Shown: positions 39,501 to 51,500 of the stretch, one piece after another
Layout: every line of letters begins with the position of its first letter
How positions within the stretch are numbered: the first letter of the stretch is position 1
Assembly: GCF_052425735.1 (NCBI RefSeq)
Contig: NC_135760.1
Span: 19,840,001 to 19,904,000, forward strand
DNA: 64,000 nt
From: Oculina patagonica
Taxonomy: Eukaryota
Reading direction: 5' to 3'
Program-made: the position numbers and the translations under genes
The notes under the pieces: generated by a model
Told to the model about the DNA's origin: nothing
Seen by the model: the letters and a program-made list of their open reading frames with translations, nothing else
Databases searched by the model: none

Positions 39501-42500
39501 GCGCGCTCGCCTCCGAGTCGAACGGCCCGGGTTCGAGGCCTGTCCGGGGTGCTGCGTTGTGTTCTTGGGCAAGACACTTTACTCTCACAGTGCCTCTCTC
39601 CACCCAGGTGTATAAATGGGTACCAGCGAATTAACTGCTGGGGGGTAACCCTGTGATGGACTAGCATCCCATCCAGGGGGGAGTAGCAATACTCCTAGTC
39701 GCTTAATGCTACGGAAACCGGGATAAGCTCTGGCCTGTATGGGCCACTAGGCTCGAAGCAGACTTTACCTTATGCAGCGCTTTACAAGACTTAAAAATGT
39801 TTCAACCATTGTAACATTTAGCTTACCATCTGTTGTGCTGTTACCACACTAGCCAGGGCCATGACAATAGGAAGCTTGCCTTTATCTCCTGTCAGAGTCA
39901 GTAAGTCCACCAGTCTATCAAACCTGTCCATTAACACTGTATCTGCCAAATTGTCAAACTCAGTGCCCTAGGAATAAAGATTTTCACAGGTCAGATATAA
40001 CCATAATGCTTAATATTGAACAGAGGGACCCAGACAGGTATGCCCGACGTGATGTCATGGCACACTGCTTTCACTATACAGTGGAACCTTGTGCCAACAT
40101 TTTAAATAATATGGCCACCTAATTATCATGGCCATTTTGTTTGGCCAAAAAAAAAAAATCAGTCAGTCATACTCTTATTTAAGGACCATGGCCACTCTTT
40201 TACATGTAATTTTGAAAGATTTTGAAGGCCTGTCAATGGAGGTCTCTTGGAACTCATGCATAAGATAAACAAAATTCCCGATTCGGACTTTCCTCTCATT
40301 CGGTAAGTGTTGTAAAATCCAGTCCTTTTTTGAGCAAGATTTGGTTGCATGATCGTGAAATCTTAGTTAAAAGCGAACAAGGCAATAGCAAAGTTAAGTT
40401 GTAATTCCAAACCTGTTGCAGAATCCTGGTGAGCACCTCCATAAACACAGCTCTTGTCTGCAAATCATCATGATAACCAAGACCTACAACACAAAGAGTA
40501 CACAAACATAAACCTTTTCCACAAGATGAGGCTTTATAGTAGATGTCTACCCCTTCAACAACGTTGAAACCAATATACGGCAAGTCTGTGAATTACCAAA
40601 ATGTTGTCAATATTGTATTACAATTTCCATTCCCGCTATCACTACCTATATCATCCTCACTGCCTAACGGTTTCCCGTCCTTTAATCAAATCACTATTGC
40701 CAGTTTTTTAGATCTAGCTTCTATATGTTTGAGCGTCATGAAATTGCATTACAAAAGGTGAACGTTCTGTCTATGTCTTTATTTTTTTCTCCGGTTTCCA
40801 CATATCCCTCTTCCTCTTGCTCGACATCATTCTAAAAAGATGACAAGTTTACCTAAGGTTTTCAAATAAAAATGAGTATAAATTTCAGTTTCCTTACCTA
40901 TTGCATACATGAGCCCAGTATCAATGTTTGCATTCAGCAGATTAGACATGGCCAGGACCGTGTTTTGATGCAGTGTTTGAGACGCATTGTGATGTACAGC
41001 ACCTTTTTCCTCCTGCTGTTCAGCTGTTATTGTAACCTTCTCTCTGTTCATCAAGTTCATGAATAGAGTGAAGTACCTAAATTGAAATGGATAATTAAAC
41101 CTTTTGTCACTTACAGGACTTCCAAGCAAGGGTTAAAGTAAAGCCTGCATTATCCAAGTGCCCATACCATAAAGCTTTTCCTAGTTTCCGTAGCATTAAG
41201 TGACTAGAAATATTTCTACGCCCCCCAGGATGGGATGCTAGTCCATCGCAGGGTTCCCCCCAGCATTAGTTCGCCGGTACCTATTTATACACCTAGGAGG
41301 AGAGAGGCATTATTGGAGTAAAGTGCCTCACCCAAGAACACAACAAAATGATTCCAGCTGGGGCTTGAAACCGGACTGCTCGAAACAGATTGTGCCACCG
41401 TGTCTCCCATAAGCAAGGGCTAAGCAATGCCTTAAAGAAAATTTCCAGTGCCACTAAGTATTGGTATAAAGCAAAGCACAGAGAAGTTATCTTTACTAGC
41501 TGACTTCTATTTGATCTACTGTCATTAATGTATGTTATGCACAGTGGCACAAAAAGAGAATTGTATGATGTATTCATCCATGTATGCAAAAATGACCAAA
41601 TGAAGGCACACATGCACACAGCAACAAACTAACTACTGATTTGGAGATCCAGGGTGCTTTCCATTCAACCAAAAATTCCGAAAATTTAGGAACAAGAGCA
41701 AATGGTACTGAAATTTCTTCGGAACTTTCCGAAATGAGAACCATTCAGCCGAAAACCCCGAAAATTCCAGGAGCAAAATCGAATGGAACTGAAATTTTCT
41801 GGAAATTGTTTTCGAAAATTTGGGTCTACCTTGCGAGGTTGTCCTCTTTTCCGGAAAGTTTAGAAAAATGACTACCATTTTTCACTCAGTCTAAGTTTCT
41901 TTGGCAAAACATTTAGCGATTAAAGCAGCTGAAAGCAGCTACATGTGTTAAGAAAGCATTCTTGAAACTCTGTGGTTAACTCGGTTGTTTTTCGTTGTTG
42001 TTTTGCAGGGGGCAGCAAAGAAATGTACAAATATTTATAACGCGCGTACAGGCTACGCCATTGTATTGCTCATTAAACTTTTTGTTTGGCGACGTTTTTG
42101 TTGCTTGTGTGCCTTTTGAAAGATTCCTGTTTTTGTGGCCACGATGTCATTCATGGCGGTTTATCAGCGCTTGGAATGCTTTTTTATTTGCAAAAATATT
42201 GAGTTATATGTGCAGCAAACCTGCCACAGTGCATTATTTAAATGCATCATAGAAATTTGCAAATTAGACAGACTACCATATGGAAATTTTGTTTTGCATT
42301 CCGTGCAGTCAACCGTAAAAGTCCGAAAATGCTGTTCCATTCGCCACTGGCATTTTCCGGAAATTCAACCAAGAAATTTTGGTCGAATGGAAAGCGCCCC
42401 CATTTTTCTTCCAACATTCAAATTTTATTTCTCATTCTGTTTCAACAATTTATAAGCGCTCACTTGAGAAATAGTTGTGACTTGGCCTCCACAATTTCTG

Positions 42501-45500
42501 TCTCAGTTCCCTCAGGTTGTAGGGGTAGACCCGACAGTAGTGAAGCTATAGCACGCATGACAGTAGCATCCAGCTCTCTAGACACAAAAAGAATGGCGAT
42601 TGATCAGTTATTTAAATACAGCCTGGACCATTTTAATTTTATTGTAGAGTTTGGTTTGCAGTCATAAAAGCAAAAACATTTAATGTTAACAATAACTGCG
42701 AGATAACTTTGGTTGGTAAACAAAAAGAGTTAACTGTTACTACATGGTACAAATTTTTGCATAACAAAACAGTTTAACAAACACTATAACAATAGCTTAA
42801 CGTAATACGAAACCAGTTGAAAGCTACATTTTGAGTATCAATCATCACTTTTAGGTGGAATTCAACAGCAGTTGAATTTTAATTTTTAATTTACACTTAG
42901 GTTGACACTGGCACCTTTCCCAAGTGGTTACACCAGAACACATATCCTGGTCACAAGTGTGACTGCTTTTAAGCTTTATTTGGTTACCTTAACAATTTTT
43001 TTTCTTATGGTTTAAGGTAAATTTTAGCATCTCTAAATCGTTCTTAAAATCAATCACTTACTTTGACAAAGGAGAAAGTTCTGCAGGGATACTCTGATGA
43101 TGTTCAGCAGATGGAAGAACCCAGTCAGTGAGGTACTCCACTAGTTTGTTTCTTAGCTTCACTTCTTGGTGAAGTAACAGCTCATCTCTTTTTGCCATAA
43201 CCTGTTGCCCAGACCATTTGAAAAATTTAGCACTTTTTGCTGACCAAAACAAATAGGCAACTTATTTTCACTATTTGTATGAGGATGTTGTATTTGTCAT
43301 CTTAGCTCCTTAACTACCTCTATGGCTAACCATTAGAATGTAACTTGCCCAAACTTTACAAATAATGCTTACTTTATACCTCTCAAACAAAATAATTGCA
43401 AACAAAATACATACCACATCAATAAGCTGGCAGAGTTTACATTTGATCTGAAGAGACTGGCGACTGACTGGAAGGTTTCTTGCATACCTAAAAGTAATAT
43501 GTGAATGAGGCAAGGGTTAAGTTATATTGGGACCGACCTTTCAGCAGCAACTGGTTTTGGTATACTTGTTAAGCTGTTCCAAAAGTAAGAACACAAACTT
43601 TTCCGACCTTTTTAAGGTGAATTTAGGTAATACAGTTGATGACTGTTACACCATGTTCTAGTAGGTTCATCGGTTTTCAATTAGTTGGGTTGGTTGAGGA
43701 TTTTGGTATTCTTTTGGGGAATCCAAATATCCTGGTTGCAATTTAAGCATCTTTGGGAAAATCCATTTTTAATGGATTTCATTGAAAGAATTGTTGTATA
43801 CTGATCAACCCTTTTCAACTGCAAATGGTTGGAAAGCGATCTTTTGATGATGCTGACTGAAATGTTGGTCAACCAAAACAACCAAAGCACCTTTTCCCAG
43901 TAGAAAACCAAGATACCCATCCAATGAAAAAGGTTGTCCCAATAGAAAACAGCCTTATTGAAAATCCAGCTTCAGACAGCCAGGTAACAGCAGTGCAACA
44001 AACTGAGTTCCATTTTGAAGCTGTAAACGAACATCAAAGGTACTTACATGAAACAGATCAAAATGCAACAACATGATAACAATCATGATAGTAATACTCA
44101 CCTTACAAATGACAGGATCATGGCATCAATTCCACTCATCTTTAAAGTATCCTTGTGTCCAAGTTTATTTGCCAAGATGTGTTTGATAATGACAATTATC
44201 TGCCAAATACAAACAAGAATGATTGGGGTTTTTACTTGTTCGTTGAAAGGTAGAGGGGACATTAAGTAAGACAAATGGTTAAAATATCAATTGCCATTTT
44301 TAACTTCATCCCAGCTTTGTGAGTCACATCAAATATGATTACTAAAAATTAGTAAATCTGGAATGTGCAATGCCAGGTCAACATTTATTAAAGGGCCTTT
44401 GCTTTGTTCCCTTTTCTAGATTATTTAAGAATTTTGGAGTATGCTGTGTCTGTTGCACATACCTGCTCTATAAAGAGAGTGTGTTTGTCTTGAACCACTA
44501 CCTAAAAAAAGTGAACAACTTGACATGAGCACCTAACACAACGAATGACTAAAGCTTACTATAAACATCTATGGTCCTTTTAAACAGTAACCCTTTCCTA
44601 CATTTCCATATTCTACTTGCATGGGGAACCAACCTGGGGCACTTTTGACAACATTATTATAATCATAAAAGCATTGTGTAAAGCTTTTTTCATTTTCATT
44701 GTTCAATCAGAAAAATGATGCCCATATCACGTGTTCTAAAATCCCCAATGAGAGCTTGACATTAAACAGAAGGTTCAGCCAGTTTTTGGAAACAAGATAA
44801 GCACCAAATAGTACACAAGGACCCTTTTCTTCTAGGTGTGCTTTTCTGTGGGCTTTAATGTTGATGAAAAATGACTAACCTGGCCAGAGGGCGTGAAGAA
44901 ACCTTTGACAACTGTCATAATCTGCGTCAGCAGAATGGAGTACAATTGTGGACTGAGCTCAACACCAATCAACTCATTTACTGTGCTACGTATCTGTGCA
45001 GATTAATAATTTGCCAGTTAGCAAGGATCCTACATGTACAAGAACAACATCTAGCACCCGCTTTAATGGCTTCGACTGAATAAATTAATAAAAATGTAAT
45101 ATGTAATAGAGCATGTTTTGAATTTTGAATTTCGTTACCACACAAAGGTGATGGCATTACTTATAAATCCACTAATAGTGGCCTGGCCTTGCTTAAATGT
45201 ATTGTTTTAGTCGTAAAAATTGTTAAAAAGTGGTGTAGCTTCAGACTGGTAGGAAATATATGGCGTAAAAGTAGAAAAAGTCGGGCCAACATTTTTAAGT
45301 TTGACAGTTTTACTTGGAAGAAACTTTCTTTAAAACCATTGACCATGGTTTATTCACACCTTGGAGAATGAATTTATGCCTTTCTTTTGTTGTTCAAAGG
45401 TTTTTGTTGATCAGTGAGTGCTCCCTAATAATTCTAGCATAATTTACACAAAAACGTAAAAGACTTCTCATGACACAGTCTCTTAAACAACAAAAACGTA

Positions 45501-48500
45501 TTTTTAAGTTAAAATCCTTGTATACAGCATATATGCACATGTATATGTGTAGCTTGTATCTAATACCAACCTGCAAACCAGTCTTTTCGTTACCACAAAC
45601 CAGAAGACTCAACAAGTCCTGCATAAACCTGAAGGAAAGAATAAAAGAGCAATTAATTAAAACTAGAACTAACTACATGTACAGCTTCTTATTGGCATTA
45701 TATTATGCTTGACCTTCCAGTGTGTACTTACAGTTACCGTAATGATTCGATTTAGCGTCCTCCTTCCAATAAGCGCCCCCCTTCGAATGTGTTTTTGTTA
45801 ATAAGCGCCCCTATTCTAATAAGCGCCCCCATTCTAATAAGCGCCCCCATTCTTATACGCGCCCCTATTCTAAAAAGCGCTAACTGCCCCTACGGAACTG
45901 AGTCATCCACGTCGAAACGATAAGTTCATGAACATTCACCGTACCGTGCATGTATATATTACTGCTAAAATGAACAATTCTTGTAAAAGTAACTGAACTT
46001 TCAACAATTTGTTACTGTTACAGTTTATGTTATTGTTAGTTATTTTAATATATATTAAAGTTTTGTTTTGAACATTTGGTTGTTTCGCAAAAAAATTAAA
46101 TAAGCGCCCTGTCCCGAATAAGCCTCCTGTCTCGAATAAGCGCCCACCCTTAAAGTGCCAAAAGTAAATAAGCGCCCCGGGCGCTAAATCTAATCATTAC
46201 GGTACATAAGAGGTGGAATAAAATTGACATATGAACTGCTGAGCCCTCAATAATTTGCTTCCACTTAGCTCGATTAGCCTTAGCTATTTCTAAGTGACTA
46301 TGCTCTGTATTTCCATTGTTATTTTTTCATATTGCATTTACTTATCTTTATTGATAAATTTTTCTGGGCACGAAAAAAAGATTGTTGTTGTTGTTGTTGT
46401 TGTACCAGTCAAGGGTGTAGCTCTCAGATTTATACTTTTGCACATAATCCAGACGTATGACTGCAATAACCATGGGTAATAACAATAATTACTATAATTA
46501 TTTTAACAATAACCTACTTTGTTACTGTAGCACATTCAGTGTTGTTTTGTTCAGTTGTTGAGTGCATGGATGAAGGGAGACTTCTGCTATATCTTCTACA
46601 ATGAGCACAGAAAAAAAAAACAATCACAGAAGTCTTTTAATTCAATCTCAAAATAACAGTTAAACAGGAAGGACCATAAACACTTCTTTCGTTTTACAGA
46701 CTGAAACAAAATCATTTCATCTTTACATAACACCAATCAACATTTTCACCCATAACATAAAGTGAGCTCTGCCGCAACAGGTGTTATGGGTTACAATCTG
46801 GATGACAGCCCTGCTTGCAACACAAAGATCTTGAAATCCAAAATACAACCTCAAAGACAATATTAATTTTTGAGTGAACAATGCAGTACCTGATTGATTG
46901 TAATGAGGTTAAACACACTCCTCCTAATGAACAGAGAAACCCTGTCATGTATGTCCACTCATTTAGGGATGCCTGTTGATAACACAAAAGCATAAGCAAG
47001 ATGGTCATACTGCAACTTGACAGGTTTAAAACTCTGACAGTTATAAACAAAATGTTATAAACAAAAAAAGCTATAAAAAAAAAGTATTAAAAGTTATAAA
47101 CAAAATGTACTATAGTGGAGCTCCTGTGTGGTGATTTCCACGCATGCAAGCAGGGTTGTCAAAATAAGCCTGCAACCGGCGCATTTCACCGGCTATTCCG
47201 AATACTGCACCGCCTACTTGGAATAGTAGTAGGTCAGTTCTGAGTGTGTGTTATCAAGTTCTGAGTGTTTCATAGCCCCCTACTTTTTGGATGGAACCTG
47301 CTACTCAAAAATCCACTGACAACCCTGATGCAAGCCGAGCATCCATACCTTAATTGCAAAATGGGTAAACCCATCAAGCAAAGAAATGTTCGTTATTGCA
47401 TAAGTGTACGCCCACCCGCCTGCCCATACAGACTCAGATGGAGGGGGAAAGGAAGTCCTAAGGAAACCCTTATGGGTGGGAGGTATTTAAATGTCATCTC
47501 TTCCTTTATCTAGGTACCTTAACATTAACACCAGCTTACATCTTTGATATTGGACATCCATGTTATAGTCAATTGACAGATGTCAAAACAAGGTATCCAC
47601 TGACCAGTATCACATGACCATATCGCAGGCTAAGGTTTAGAGTTCATCGAGGTCGCATGTTTTCCATAAATTATATTTTTTCTGTCTAGGGATATGACAG
47701 GATTTTGGCAGCAAAAAATGTAAATGCAGAGCTCCGCTTATAGGCTTGGCTAAATCTATATATTAGATGTACAAGTAGTACCTGCAAATTATCAGTGGTG
47801 ATTTTTGATCCTGATCTCCGCCTGAGATATTTTTGTACATCTATTGAAGAAGAGTCATCTTTAGCAAAGTTGACAAGATCATAAGTTAGCCTCTGCCATT
47901 TTGTGTAAGTACTTTCCCAGGCCTGTTAAAAGATAACAGCAGGACACAAATAAATTATAGCATTACACTGCTATCACAGAGGTCACAATTTAAATTCCTG
48001 TTGAATTATCAGATAAATTCCAAATGTTGTACCTGAATATTTCCTGCAGTTTGTCTGTCAAGCTGCCTTAACAAAGCCATGATGCGTTTTTGTAGTGCTG
48101 CTCGCCCTGTAATATATGTGAAGGAACTTTAAACTTGTATATCATAAAAGTATTAAATATGTTTTACCAAACAAACTGCAAATTTGGAAAAGTAGTCAAA
48201 CTTTGCCAGTATTATCATTTAATAACTCTTACATGCATTCAAATCTTCATTTCTTGCATTACAGAATGGTAATAAGTTATTTCTTAGTTTTGTAATAAAC
48301 ATTTACTGGTGAAAATGCTTTAGAACACAACTTGACTACATCAATTTCTACTGAAAGGTATTTCTATCTTTTTCCACAGTATGCCATGAAAGAAATTTAA
48401 TAACAAGTAATTATTATTTTATAATTTGGTATACAAAGACTTGCACTTGTTGGCATATGCCAAAGGCTAGTTATCATAAGTTGTCCATTTTTAGAATGTG

Positions 48501-51500
48501 TGGTTCCAGAAAATGTCCATACTCCCCCCACAGAAGGGATTGGAAATTCCTGGGGGTGGGAGGGGTCTCAAAGGCCAAAACGTTAAAGGAAATGTATGAA
48601 GCTTAATAATTTGGAATTTCCAGAGGGGGTGGGGGGGTCTTAGGAAAAATCCCTTCCGTGGGAGAGGTATGGATAATTTATGGAACTACACAATCGAGCA
48701 CCAGACGAGCAGTATGGGTTTGAGCCCTGGCTGGGGTCATTGTGTTGAATCTGTACTCTCACAGTGCCTCTCTTCACTTAGGTGTATAAATGGGTACCAG
48801 CAAATTTAATGCTAGGGGTAATCCTGCAATGGACTAGCATCCCATCCAGAGGCCAGGAGTAGAAATACGCCTTGTCATTTCATGTTACCGAAACTGGGAT
48901 GAGCGCCAGCCTGATGGGCCACTAGGCTCAAACACAGACTATTTATCCATTACAAAACTCACCAGCTGTAAATTTGGTGGCTTCATTTGACAGCTCACTG
49001 TACACATTCAAGTTTTGAGAAGTCTGAAGAACGTTGAGAGTTTCTGAACTTTGCACAATGTCTGCTTCATTGCACATTTGGCCAAAACAAGAGAGAGAAA
49101 TCAACACAGTTTCCATATCTGAGTTCCATAAATAAGTTAAAAATACTTCCTGAAACAATAACAAAAATAACACATGTCATAAGAAAATTACAACAGCTTA
49201 TCTTGCTTTATATACATGCAGACTTTGGCTTAGTTTTCTCCCAGTGGAACCTCGACTTTATGGAGTCACCTCTTTATAATGAAGTCCTCAGTATAACAAA
49301 CATTAATAATTATTGTTATATAGCTAGAATTTCTTCCCCAACAGCGCATGCTCTCATTGGCTACTTCAAGGTCACATAACATCTAACAATAAAACTGTTT
49401 CCCGCCAAATGTCTCTGAGCGGGCAACATTGCAAAATCAATGACATCAGAGGGTAGTACCGTAATGATTCGATTTAGCGCCTGGGGCGCTTATTTACTTT
49501 TGGCACCTTTAGGGAGGGCGCTTATTCGAGACAGGGCACTAATTCGGGACAGGGCGCTTATTTAATTTTTTGCGAAACAACCAAATGTTTAAAACAAAAC
49601 TGTAATATATTTTAAAATAACTAGCAATAACATAAACTGCAACAGCAAAAACTTGTTGAAAGTTCAGTTACTTAGTTACTTTAGTTACTAAGAATTGTTC
49701 ATTAATTTTTAGCAGTAAATGTATACATGTACGGTACGGTGAATGTTCATGAGTTTATCTTTTCCACGTCAACGACTTCAGTAGAGTCAGTTAGCCACAA
49801 TAGGAGCGCTTTTAAGAATAGGGTTGCGTATACGAATGGGGTCGCTTATAAGAATGGGGGCGCTTATTAGAATAGGGGCGCTTATTAACAAAAAAAGATT
49901 CGAAGGGGGCGCTTATTTGGAAGGGGGCGCTTATTGGAAGGAGGGCGCTTAATCAAATCATTTCGGTAGTCCACTTGTTACCCACAAGTGTTGACCGATG
50001 TCCTCTGTTTTTCTAAGTCTCTGTGGTGCTACTTGTAACAAATCACTTAACAACCGTTCCCTAAGGAAATCAGTTAATTTTGTTAATTTCCATGAAATCT
50101 CAATGTTTCCCGAGGCAGAGATTCTCAGGAAACAAAATTAACGGTTTCCCTCGAGACCAGTCATTAAGTGTAATGTGTTAAATATTCTTTGCCCTAGTTT
50201 TAGAAAAATGTATGGAAAAGAACCCCGATATAACAAAACCTTATTACGGCGAACATACTTTCCCAGTCCCTTGACACTCCATTAATAATTATTCAGGTAC
50301 CACGTTTACAAATATTGTGTAAAATTAAGAATCTTAAAAATAGTCCAATTATAATTTTCTAACAGTCTTAGCCATGAGGTTTAGAAGAATAAAACAAAAG
50401 AAACAACATAATTCTAAATTTTCCGGAGCTCAATTTCCCTTGCTTTATTTCCTTACCCTTTGACAACAAGTACAAATTTAAATCATATCAAAGTTAGCCT
50501 ATTTGGCTGTGTTGTAAATTAAGTGTATGTTGAAACTATTTACAGTAAAAAGAAAATGGTATAATTAACAGTGTAATTAATTATCATCAGATGGTATAAT
50601 TAATGGTTTAATTGATTGCTTAATGTACAGTATTTTATCAAAAACATAGCACACCTCAAGTTTACTTTGAGAAACTGTACAGACTGGTATGTGACAACCT
50701 ATAGAAGCTTGCTCCTGCAAACAAACAGTCATGATCGAAAAGTTATTATTAATAAACATTTCAAGAAACTCATTTAAAATTAGCAAACTACTCTTACAAC
50801 ATATCAAATGTTAATTTTATAAACAATATGTACAGACATGAGCCAGTCTCAAAACTGAACTATACATAGATCTTTGTTGCTGAAAAATAAGTTAAGTTAA
50901 CTTATTGTCAATTAGTTATACACCGTATTATTTTTAGATGTTGCCGAGTTTTAAGGCTAAATAAACAAACTCTAACATGAATTTAATAAGGTACATTGAG
51001 ATTAAACCAACCTTGTGTTTTTGCAAAAACTCATTTTTGCTCAGGGTCAGATCTCTCAAGTATCTCAACAGGACAGTGCCATGGCTGCCGTGTCCGATGA
51101 GAAATTCAGCAATAGACACCATCACATGTGAACTGGAAGTCAGAGAAAGCAGGATTTGCATTTAGATTAAAACAATGATGCTTTTAAAATCTTACTAAAA
51201 GTTCAAATTTACCTTGAAGTGAAATTCAAGCTCAACTGTAGACCTTATCAGAAAGTTATTTAACTAACCAAAGTAGGGACACGTTGCAGAAACATGTAGC
51301 AGGGACAAAATCACTACCATTACACATGCAAGAGATTGAAGTGAAAACATGTTGCAGCAACTCGTCCCCTTGTAATAGCAACATGTGTTCCTTTGTTGTG
51401 GGAGACACAGTGGCCTAACAGTTACCACGCTGGACTCTGGATCAAATAGTCAAGGTTTGAACCCTGCCCGAGGTCACCCCTTGTGCTTTGGGAAGAAACC

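Noticed and set aside
45760-45880. Regularly spaced ATAAGCGCCC repeats (and the ATCGAT arrays at 34474-35439) resembling a CRISPR array
   Set aside because: Units are short with no unique 25-45-bp spacers, lie within TIR elements in a eukaryotic intron, and no cas genes are present.
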